Below the pieces are notes generated by a model. It did not search any database. It was given only the letters and a program-made list of their open reading frames with translations, and was not told where the DNA came from. Of a DNA stretch of 64,000 bases, positions 22,640-34,200 are shown in pieces (positions within the stretch are counted from its first letter, which is position 1; every line of letters begins with the position of its first letter). Both the position numbers and the translations under genes were made by a program. The stretch is from Euprymna scolopes (lineage: Eukaryota): the NCBI GenBank assembly GCA_053919585.1, contig CM132825.1. One strand, written 5' to 3'.

Positions 22640-23551
22640 TAGGGCTGCTGATTTGTTGATATGCAAATTAATGCATATCTAATTACACCCCATCATTTTG
22701 AATCATCTCACATAAATTTGTACGAGCCCTTTCCAAGTCTCACACAAAACATACATTCATATTTCAAGCTGTTATATACATACGCGCACACAAACATACG
22801 CGCCCACGTCCACATATGTACACATATTCACATTCGCGTACATACACTCACATTCACGTATATATACACACACGCTTACGTATACACATGTACTCACACA
22901 CGCGAACACGAACACACACATGGACGACGTCACTTCCGCTTTCTAAGGAAATACACATGCGCAAAAGACACTCCAGAAGCGAGTATAAAACATGGAGACA
23001 AGCTGTTTCTAATCCTCTCTTTTTAGGACCAACTCTCAACTAGAGAGGTTGGGTGAACAAGCCGCCGCCGTTTCGGCGCACGTGCACGCGCACCTCACGC
23101 CCACTTCCTACTATGTATGGGGCACGAGCTGATGACTGTATGTATACATTCTCCCTCTTTCTCTCTCCATCTACTACTGGCCACTAAGAACACCTTCGCG
23201 TAGCTGACTACTAACTGATGACAACTCTAATATCCACTCTTTGTCTACACGCTGGACTACCATTCTCAATTTTCCTACAACATTTATTTCTCTTCCCACG
23301 CGCGAACAAACAATAGTGACCCAAACTTGAGATGAAAACACATTTCCTTTTCTTGCTACAACACCAGTCCTGCAACGGACATTGGTTACATACGCGCGGA
23401 CATGCTATAACTAAAATGTTCATTTCTTTCAACAGCAAATAAACAACGTTTATCTTATCCATTACTTGAGTCTTTGTTTCCTTCAATTCCCATTCGTTTC
23501 ATTATTCTTTTGTAACGGGATTGGGGTATTTATATATCCTAGTCCCCTACA
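22640..23551 (+). mobile_element. LTR-like segment with internal (CA/TA)-rich low-complexity tract
   Basis: GACGTCACTTCCG motif near 22925, TATAAAA near 22984, AATAAA near 23438, end ...GTCCCCTACA. The 5' boundary and TSD were not resolved. Confidence 0.35.
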
Positions 23552-23569
23552 AACTCATGCCCAAGGCTT

Positions 23570-23870
23570 TCAGATGCAGCTAGTCTACACTACACAATTA
23601 GATACAGGTAGCCCACACTACTCGGCTAGACACAGCTAGTCCATGCTACATGATTAGACACAGCCAGTACACACTACACGGCCAGTCATAGCCAGCACTC
23701 ACTACATGGCTATACACAACTAATGCTCACTACATGGTTAGACACAACTAACACTCAGTACATGGCTAGACACAGCCAGCACTCACTATATGGCTAGACA
23801 CAGCTAACACTCACTATATGGCCAGTCATAGCCAGCACTCACTACACGGCTAGACACAGCTAGCCCTCGC
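23570..23870. repeat. 28-bp minisatellite (~10 copies)
   Basis: ACTACATGGCTAGACACAGCYARCACTC; period 28 (23701 to 23729). Confidence 0.9.
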
Positions 23871-24423
23871 TAAATGCTGATACCAAATAAAAAATATCTG
23901 GCTTTAATTGTATTTTTAAGTTCCTCATTTAAAAGCGATCTTTTTCATAAAAGCCAACTAAATCGCATTTTAAGTTCTTCATTTAACAGCGACGACTTAT
24001 TTTTCAGGAAATTCGACTGAAACGTTTCTTTTTACTCTTCTCTATAACTTGACAACAGCATTTCTCAAAAATCTGACTAAAATCTAAATTTTTTCTTCAG
24101 CATAACTTAACGTTGTCATCTGTAAAAATCGAATCACGTCTCATAATTTAAACTCTGTCATTTCTCACCGAAATAGTTTGTGGTCTAATTAATAATAATT
24201 ATAGTTTTACCGTGTAAATTATGTTGCCTATCTGTTTATCCCCTATCCCTGTTTCACAGTAAGATATATTCTTTTTAAATATTTGAGAGAAAACTTTTTC
24301 CACAACTTTAAAATTACTTCTTTGTGACATTTTTTCTACTTCTTGGTTTCATATGAGCTAGCAATAACCTTCCTTGAAAACATTGTCTCTGCTGTCATTA
24401 TGGAAGATTGTTATTTTGGGTTA

Positions 24424-24944
24424 TCTATAATATAAATCTCACCTGTCTGTTTAAATGTATGTATGTATGTATGTATGTTTGTATGTTTGTATGCCTGCCT
24501 AAAACTTTCGACAGAGGCAACAGATTTTCACGAGATCCATATCGTTTTGAAGCTCGACCCTTCGGACGACAAATATCAAAAAAATTTGCCAAAAGCATTA
24601 ATTCCCTCACTCTCAACTGGGCACTTTTCTACAGGGATTGACTAGCCTTAATTTAAACCTACCTCACTTCCGGTTTGGCAATGGGCGCAACAGCAAACAT
24701 GTCATTTTTTTTTTCACTTTCTTTTCCTTCTTCGCAGTACAGGTTAGAGCCTTCTTACTACTCCTATTTTTTTTTTGTGCTCGCAATTTTCCTTTTTTTT
24801 TTTTGCTTAACCAACACTCTTACACACACTTCCACTTTCTTTTCCACATTCACGTCATGGGTTCGAGCCTGCCTACTACAACTTTTTTTTTTTTGCTCAA
24901 CACACACCTACAAACACCTGGGCAACGCCAGGCACCCAGGCTAG
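24424..24944 (+). mobile_element. Complete non-autonomous Helitron, family A
   Basis: A|TCTATAATAT start, (TGTA)n, 3' hairpin CCTGGGCAACGCCAGG (24917-24932), CTAG|T end. AT target with no TSD, i.e. canonical Helitron termini. Confidence 0.92.
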
Positions 24945-25109
24945 TTTTATATATCTGCAAAAATTTTTGCATGGCCTTTTCAGTAGGTGTACTGCTCACT
25001 TTCTTAGGCGCTCTAATTAATGTGTCCATGAACCATTCTGCTTGGCCATTCCTTCTTAAATGGTATGGTCCTATCATGATACGAACAACTACAAATATTT
25101 AGCTTTACT

Positions 25110-26410
25110 AGAGTGAATTTTTTTTTATATGGAAATCGCTCCAGACAAGATGTGAAGCCACTTAGTCTAAGGAAGTAACAAGAATGAAAGATGATTATCG
25201 CAAAAACAGGAGATGCCTGTTAATATTAGTCTTGAAAACACCAAGATTGTAAATAGGATGAAAACAGTCAACAGGAAAAGAGTTCCATGAGCCTGTCGTT
25301 CTTGGAAAGAAGCTAGTGGAATAAAAAGCTGTATTATAATGAGGTACAAACACAGTGAGTTAATAGAGACCACTAGAACAGTTGGTTCATCCTTTGTTGC
25401 ACCAGGGAGTGGTCGTCCTGCTAGACTCATCAGGTGTGGGAACATCCTCTGGAAGGTACATAGTGTAAGAAGCTTTTTGCTCCTATATCAACTTTTCTGC
25501 TCGTCTATCAACTTTTCAGAAAGGTTTCAAAAAGTAGGTGCCTGGGAGGGTAGGAAGTTCGATTACGTTTGTTAAGATCTGTGTCCGATGGTCATTGTGT
25601 TTCTGGATAGTATTGAAAGACATTTGTTCAAACAACAACAGGAATCAAATAGACTGGTCAGGATGCGCAAGAATTCTAGTAACCATTTTTGAAGTGATAA
25701 TTACAGAATTAAGAGTTTGACCAGTTTTTGAAGGGCAATCCAGAAGAATAGCGCCAGAAGAATTATCAGCAAACAGACGAGCACAGAGATCAACCTTATC
25801 CTTAGAAGATGAAATAACTTGACCACCATTAAAAGAGAAGGAATTGCAAACTTGCCATTATTAATAATACTATTATAGATTCTCCAAAAATTATGAGAGC
25901 CAACATTTTGAGATATGATAGGGTCATGAACCCTTTTTGAATAGCTAGACTTAGCCTCAGAAATTGCTCTCTTGTCAGCATTGCTAGCTCTTCTGTCTAG
26001 AACCATAATTGAAGTAATGATTATGATGGGCAATGGAAGAAGCATAAACAAATGAAAACCCAGGTGGAGAATGAGGTTTGGCTTGAAACTGACAATGAAA
26101 AATGAAGATGTCAATTCCAACAGCAGTCAGTAACCTCCTTAGCAGCAGCATTCAGAGACATGCTAAAAATAAGACCCAATGGCTTCGATGCCCATTCCAA
26201 TCAGCCTTTCTGTAGTAAACCATCTTCCTAGGGAATGGGACGATCAATCAAAGACTTAACAGAAAAATCAATCTCAACATCAACAATAGTATGACCAGAA
26301 GAACCCAATGGTAGAGAAGAGAATGTAGAAGATGATTCGGGAACAGAAGTGAGAAAATAATCAAGTAAAGATGGTCGATGAAGGTCATTATCATAAGAGT
26401 GTGTAGGGAG
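25110..26410 (-). mobile_element. Decayed, internally deleted LINE (APE end + linker joined to C-terminus/3' UTR; RT core absent)
   Basis: Minus strand reads PSLLDY.LTSVP..LPLGSSGH, then SQNVGSHNFWRIYNSIINNGKFAIPSL, then SFFPRTTGSWNSFPVDCF...YNLGVFKTNINRHL and an A-rich tail near 25117. Confidence 0.8.
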
Positions 26411-26419
26411 TTACCGATT

Positions 26420-28050
26420 CACTCTTCTAATCATTATAAAAACCCAAGTTCAATAATCTTGCGGGGAATTATTGCGACCCAAATTGAAACTATAAAGACT
26501 GTCTGATTAACGGTCAGAAACCTTTTCTCTGTATTCACTTTCAATACATTCTTTTCTACTTAAACCCGATGTTCAAGCCTTTATTTATGACCCTTTCCTA
26601 GGGCCACAACAACTGGCAATGAGGTATTCAAACTAACAGCATCGTATTCAAGCAACTTACCTCAACAAAAGTATTCAAATGAGCAAAGACACTAACAACA
26701 AATTATCCAGAGAATCGGTACCATATAACTGGACGACTAAACGTTTTAAAGACAACGAAGAAACTCTGTAAGTTGCACTGAAGTCTACAAGATTCTGAAT
26801 GAATTTTTCTAGGAACCTCAAAGAAAAAAGACAAAAGAAAAACAAGGATAATAAGATTTTTCAACAGGTAAAGAAGTTATAAATTAAAAATCCATGAGTT
26901 GATATTTTTTTTTTTTTTTGGTAGAACTAAGAAGTGACTTCTCAGTTTTCGTTTTTATGCTTTCTCTCAAAAATGCTGTGACAAAAAGAACTTAATTTTA
27001 ACTTTTTTTTTTGCTATGGAAAAAAGGTGCATTTAACTGAGTGAGAGAGATATGAATTATGGTGTTTGCCTATAAATACTTTTTGTCAAAAAGTGAAAAC
27101 TCTAACGACAGAAAAGGAAAATTTTAAGTCAAAATTAAATTAAACTTTCCCTAAGGTTTTCTCAACCGGCCTGGGAAAATACACAAAATAGTAGCCAGAT
27201 TCAAACAACGATAATACGCACACAGTAGTAAAAAAAAAAAAAAAGTACCGTTCGCCTAGTTGGAGAAAATTCATCAGAAGCTTAAAAAGCCCATATCCTA
27301 TCAAAAGGTGAATTCTTTGAATGACCGTCTCCTACCGTCTATGTCAAAAAGTAGTCAAGAGAAATTTGCATTTGCACCGACTTCTCTACTGGTTTGAACT
27401 CAGTACTAAAAGACTAACATTATCCACATTCTAGCCCTGAAGAAATTTTCACAAAGTTAAATGGAGGAAAGATATTCTTTAAAGTTGATTTGTGTGACGC
27501 ATACCTTTAAATTCTAACTGAGGAAAATAGCTCAGTTGCTTTTTATTAACACCCATAAGGATTTATTCAAATTCGAAAGACCAACTTTTGGAGTCAAGGT
27601 AGTACCTGCTATTTTACAAAAAATTATCGATACTATGTTGGGTTACTTTGATTTCACAATGCATACCTACATGATATTATCATAATAGGTGAAACCAGAG
27701 GACAACATCGACAACATGTCCATAAGGTATTCTCTCGAATACAGGATTTTGGTTTTAAAAGAAATGAAGGAAATGCGATTTCATGGAAGAAATAAAATAT
27801 TTGGGGCACATGATCAACAAAAATGATAGAAGACCAAACCTAGAAAGCATATGCTGGCTCCCCAAAATATTACAGAATTAGATTTTTGAGGTTAGCGAAT
27901 AATTGCCAGATATTCATTCCCAATATGCACAACTGCTGTGTTCCTATTGAAAAAGCTATTAAAAAAGGACAGACTTTAATAAAATAAACAAAACCTGACG
28001 TCAGACCTATTCCTCACTCACTATGACCCAAAATTAAATATTGTTGCAGA
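26420..28050 (+). mobile_element. Dead Ty3/gypsy (Mag-like) retrotransposon, 5' part: LTR remnant, PBS, RT and start of RNase H
   Basis: LTR end ...CCACAACA (26611) plus PBS TGGCAATGAGG (26614-26624). Pol reads ICICTDFSTGLN, PEEIFTKLNGGKIFFKVDLCDAYL, INTHK.LF, FGVKVVPAILQK, AYLHD (YLDD, 27664-27675), IKYLGH, LTHYDPKLNIVA. Many stops and frameshifts. Confidence 0.9.
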
Positions 28051-28261
28051 GGGAAGCAACCAATGATTAATCCAGTCGACTGTACAACTAAAATATTAGA
28101 TACAAGACAAAGGAAGGTAACAGCAAAGACAAAGAAGAACTACGAATGCAGAGATTTCAGTTCACAGAGAACAGTAGGAACCGTCCTTTTTTATTGGAAA
28201 ACAAAAACAGGAGATCGTCAGGCAAAAAAATAAAATGAATAAAATAAAGATAGATTGTTAG

Positions 28262-31200
28262 GATCAGGAGCTGGATGTCAGTGGGCACTGAAAGGCAGGT
28301 GTCAGCGATCTGCTAAGTTGGATGTCAGTGGGCACTGGAGGGAAGCTTCAGCAGGCTGCTGAGCAGAACATCAGTGGATACTGGAAGGGAATGTCAGCGG
28401 GCTGCTAAGCAGGAAATCAGTGGATATTGGAAGAAAGTATCAGTGGGCTGCTGAGCAGGACATCAGTGAATACTGGAAGGGAGTAACAGCGGGATGCTTA
28501 GTAGTGTGATGTAATCCCTCATTGGTGAGCTTTAGATCACGCAGAGCCCCGAGGAGGGCCGAATAGCTTTGCTAAGATAGGTTTTGATCATTCCCGGGTG
28601 ACGCCAGATAACCGAAGGATTTAAAATAGAGAATATAAGTATATATATTTTATTTCATGTCAAAATAGATATTGTTTGAAACCAGAGAAATATATATGCA
28701 GCTAAAGTTGATGACAGGAAACTTGAAGCTTAACATTGTCTGGCCTTGATGAACTCAAAGTCAGATGTCAGAACTGAGATCTGACCTTAGCGGGTCGTGT
28801 GAATTAGTATGTCTGTAGAATTCAGATCCCAGATTCGGGAATTGCACAAACGCAAAAACCTGAAGCTTTTCAATTTTGTGGCGAAATCTTATTGGCTGGG
28901 GAAACTTCCACCCCATCCACATAGCTCTATCCATATATATGACTGTTGCGCGAAAATTAGTCAGAAGGAAGATAGTTTCGAGAGATTGCTTGTTGATTTC
29001 GGGGAGAACAGATCATATAGATACATGACCCCTCTACTTCCTCATCAAGCCGTCTGACGCTGTCTGTGAAGAGATTCAGACTTTGAAAAACTTACTAAGA
29101 ACTGAATGATATTCATAAAATATTTGTACATATGTTTGTGAAATTAATTCTGTAGACTAGAGTTTCACGAGTTGGTTTTTCTTCTTGCCTGTGGCTTTGA
29201 TATTCGCTTTCAGCATACAGGATTCAATGTATCAACCCTCGGAGAAGAACTAGAGCATACGATCCCAGATTTCCAGAAAAACAGGGGTCCAAGCTACATC
29301 AGTAAGGGATTACAGTAGGACATCAGTGGATACTCGAAGAGAGTGTCAGTTGGCTGCAGAGCAAGACGTCAGTGGATACTGGAAAAGAGTGTCAGTTGGC
29401 TGCTGAGCAGGACACCAGTGAATTCTGGAAGAGTATTCAGTTGGCTGCTAGCAGGAAATAAGTGCATACTGGAAGGCAGTGTCAGTAAGCTGCTGAGAAG
29501 GACATCAGTGAATGCTGGAAGGGAGTGTCAATAAGCTGCTGGGCAAGACATCAGTGGATACTGTAAGAGAGTGTCTGTTGGAAGCTGTGCATGACATCAC
29601 TCGATACTGGAAGAGAGTGTAAGTGGGCTGCTTAGCAGAACATTAGTGGATACTGGAAGAGAGTGTCAGCTGGCTGCTGAGTAGGACATCAGTGCATACT
29701 GGAAGAAAGTGTAACTTGGCTGCTTAGTAGGACATCAGTGGATACTGGGTGAGAGTGTCAGTTGCCTGCTGAGCAAGACATCAGTGGATACCGGAGGAGA
29801 GTGTCAGTTGGCTGCTTAGTAGGACATCAGTGGATACTGGAAGAGAGTATCAGTGGGCTGCTGAGCAGGATATTAGTGGATACTGGAGGAGAGTGTCAGT
29901 TGGGTGGTACATAGGACATCAGTGGATACTGGAAGAGAGTCTCGGTGGTCTACTGAGCAGTACATCAGTGAATAGTGGAAAGGAATGTCATAGGGCTGAT
30001 GAGCAGAACATCAGTGGATACTGAAAGAGAGTGTTAGTGGGCTGATGAGCAGGACATTAGAGGATACCGGAAGGGAGTGTAAGTTGGTTGCTTAGTAAGA
30101 CATCAGTGAATACTGGAAGGGAGTGTCTGTTGGTTGCTTAGCAACACATCAACGGATACTGGAAGGGAGTGTGTAGGGCTGGTGAGAAAGACATCAGTTG
30201 ATACTGGAAGAAAGTTTCAGTTGGCTTCTGAGCAAGACATCGGTGGTTACTGGAAGGGAGTGTCAGTGGGTTGCTGACCTGGACATCAGTGGTTACGGGA
30301 AGGGAGTATCAGTCAGGTGCTAAGCAGGAAATAAGTGGATACTGGAAGAGGGTGTCAGTTGGCTGCTTAGCGGGACATTGATACTGGAAGAGAGTGTCCG
30401 TTGGCTGCTTAGTACGATATCAGTGGATACTGGAAGATAGTGTCAGTTGCTTGCTTAGTAGGATATCAGTGGATACTGGAAGAGACTGTAAGTTGGCTGC
30501 TGAGCAGGATATCAGTTGATAGTGGAAGAGTGAGTCAGTTGGCTACTTAGTAGGACATCAGTGGATACTGGAAGTGAGTGGCAGTTGGCTGCTTATGCAA
30601 TATCAGTGTGTACTGGGAGAGATTGTCAGTAGGGCATCAGTTGATAGTGAAAGAGTGTGTCAGTTGGCTGGTTAGTAGAACATCATTTGATACGGGAAGA
30701 CCATGTCTGTTGACTTCTTAGAAGGACATCAGTGGATACTGGAATAGAGTGGCAGTTGTCTGCTAAGCAGGACATCCGTGAATACTGGACGAGTGTGACA
30801 TTTGGCGGCTTAGTAAGAAATCAGTGGATACTAAAAAACGCTGTCACCTTGCTGCTGAATAAGACAGTGTATATACAGAAAGAGAGTGTTAGTGTGTTAC
30901 TGAGCAGGATATCAGTGCATACTAGAAGACAGTGTTAAGTGGCTTTTTTGTAGGATGTCAGTGGATAATAAAAGAGAGTGTAAGTTGGCTGCTGAGCAGG
31001 ACATCAGTGGATACTGGAAGTGAGTGTCAGTTGGCTGCTGAGCAGGACATCAGTGGATACTGCAAGACAGTGTCAGTTGGCTGCTGACAAGGACATCAGT
31101 GGATACTGGAAGAGATTGTAACTTGGCTGCTCAGTAGGACATCAGTGGATACTGGAATAAAGGTCCAGTGGCCTGCTGAGCAGGTCATCAGTGGATACTG

Positions 31201-34200
31201 GAAGAGAGAGTAAATTGGCTATTTAGTAGGACATCAGTTGATACTGGAAGAGAGAGTCAATTGGCTACTTAGTAGGACATCAGTTAGTACTGGAGGAGAG
31301 TGTCAGTTGGCTACTTAGTAGGACATCAGTTGATATTGGAAGAGAGAGTCAGTTGGCTGCTTAGTAGGACATCAGTTGATACTGGAAGAGAGTGTCAATT
31401 GGCTGCTTAGTAGGACATCAGTTGATACTGGAAGAGAGACTCAGTTGGCTGCTTAGTAGGACATCAGTTGATACTGGAAGAAAAAGTCAATTGGCTACTT
31501 AGTAGGACATCAGTTGGTACTGGAAGACAGTGTAATTTGGCTGCTTAGTAGGACATCAGTTGATACTGGAAGAGAGAGTAAATTAGCAGCTTAGTAAGAC
31601 ATCAGTTGATGCTGAAAGAGAGAGTCAATTGGCTGCTTAGTAGGACATCAGTTGATACTGGAAGAGAGTGTCAGTTGGCTCCTTAATAGGACATCAGTTG
31701 ATACTGAAAGAGAGTCAATTGGCTACTTAGTAGGACATCAGTTGATAAGGAAGAGAGTGTCAATTGGCTGCTTAGTAGGACATCAGTTGATACTGGAAGA
31801 GAGTGTCAGTTGGCTGCATAGTAGGACATCAGTTGATACTGGAAGAGAGTATCATTTGGCTGCTTAGTAGGACATCAGTTGATACTGGAAGAGAGAGTCA
31901 ATTGGCTACTTAGTAGGACATCAGTCTATACTAGAAGAGATTGTCAGTTGGCTGCTTAGTAGGAAATCAGTTGATACTGGAAGAGAGAGTCAATTGGCTA
32001 CTACGTAGGACATCAGTTGATACTGGAAGAGAGAGTCAATTGGCTGCTTAGAAGGACATCAGTTTATACTGTAAGAGAGAGTCAATTAGCAGCTTAGTAA
32101 GATATCAGTTGATACTGGAAGAGAGTGTCAGTTGGCTCCTTAATAGGACATCAGTTGATACTGAAAGAGAGAGTCAATTGGCTACTTAGTAGGACATCAG
32201 TTGATACTGGAAGAGAGTTTCAATTGGCTGCTTAGTAGGACATCAGTTGATACTGGAAGAGAGTGTCAGTTGGCTGCATAGTAGGACATCAGTTGATACT
32301 GGAAGAGAGTGTCAGTTGACTGCTTAGTAGGACATCAGTTGATACTGGAAGAGAGTGTAAATTGGCTACTTAGTAGGACATCAGTTCGTACTGGAAGAGA
32401 GAGTAAATTGGCTACTTAGTAGGACATCAGTTGGTACTGGAAGAGATTATCATTTGGCTGCTTAGTAGGACATCAGTTGATACTGGAAGAGAGTGTCAGT
32501 TGCTTGCTTAGTAGGATATCAGTGGATACTGGAAGAGACTGTAAGTTGGCTGCTGAGCAGGATATCAGTTGATAGTGGAAGAGTGAGTCAGTTGGCTACT
32601 TAGTAGGACATCAGTGGATACTGGAAGTGAGTGGCAGTTGGCTGCTTATGCAATATCAGTGTGTACTGGGAGAGATTGTCAGTAGGGCATCAGTTGATAG
32701 TGAAAGAGTGTGTCAGTTGGCTGGTTAGTAGAACATCATTTGATACGGGAAGACCATGTCTGTTGACTTCTTAGAAGGACATCAGTGGATACTGGAATAG
32801 AGTGGCAGTTGTCTGCTAAGCAGGACATCCGTGAATACTGGACGAGTGTGACATTTGGCGGCTTAGTAAGAAATCAGTGGATACTAAAAAAGGCTGTCAC
32901 CTTGCTGCTGAATAAGACAGTGTATATACAGAAAGAGAGTGTTAGTGTGTTACTGAGCAGGATATCAGTGCATACTAGAAGACAGTGTTAAGTGGCTTTT
33001 TTGTAGGATGTCAGTGGATAATAAAAGAGAGTGTAAGTTGGCTGCTGAGCAGGACATCAGTGGATACTGGAAGTGAGTGTCAGTTGGCTGCTGAGCAGGA
33101 CATCAGTGGATACTGCAAGACAGTGTCAGTTGGCTGCTGACAAGGACATCAGTGGATACTGGAAGAGATTGTAACTTGGCTGCTCAGTAGGACATCAGTG
33201 GATACTGGAATAAAGGTCCAGTGGCCTGCTGAGCAGGTCATCAGTGGATACTGGAAGAGAGAGTAAATTGGCTATTTAGTAGGACATCAGTTGATACTGG
33301 AAGAGAGAGTCAATTGGCTACTTAGTAGGACATCAGTTAGTACTGGAGGAGAGTGTCAGTTGGCTACTTAGTAGGACATCAGTTGATATTGGAAGAGAGT
33401 GTCAGTTGGCTGCTTAGTAGGACATCAGTTGATACTGGAAGAGAGTGTCAATTGGCTGCTTAGTAGGACATCAGTTGATACTGGAAGAGAGTGTCAGTTG
33501 GCTGCTTAGTAGGACATCAGTTGATACTGGAAGAAAAAGTCAATTGGCTACTTAGTAGGACATCAGTTGGTACTGAAAGAGAGTGTAATTTGGCTGCTTA
33601 GTAGGACATCAGTTGATACTGGAAGAGAGAGTCAATTAGCAGCTTAGTAAGACATCAGTTGATGCTGAAAGAGAGAGTCAATTGGCTGCTTAGTAGGACA
33701 TCAGTTGATACTGGAAGAGAGTGTCAGTTGGCTCCTTAATAGGACATCAGTTGATACTGAAAGAGAGTCAATTGGCTACTTAGTAGGACATCAGTTGATA
33801 CTGGAAGAGAGTGTCAATTGGCTGCTTAGTAGGACATCAGTTGATACTGGAAGAGAGTGTCAGTTGGCTGCATAGTAGGACATCAGTTGATACTGGAAGA
33901 GAGTGTCAGTTGACTGCTTAGTAGGAAATCAGTTGATACTGGAAGAGAGTGTGAATTGGCTACTTAGTAGGACATCAGTTCGTACTGGAAGAGAGTGTCA
34001 ATTGGCTACTTAGTAGGACATCAGTGTATACTGGAAGAGATTATCAATTGGCTGCTTAGTAGGACATCAGTTGATACTGGAAGAGAGTGTCAGTTGGCTG
34101 CTTAGTAGGACATCAGTTGATACTAGAAGAGAGTGTCAGTTGGCTGCTTAGTAGGACATCAGTTGATACTGGAAGAGAGTGTCAGTTGGCTGCTTAGTAG

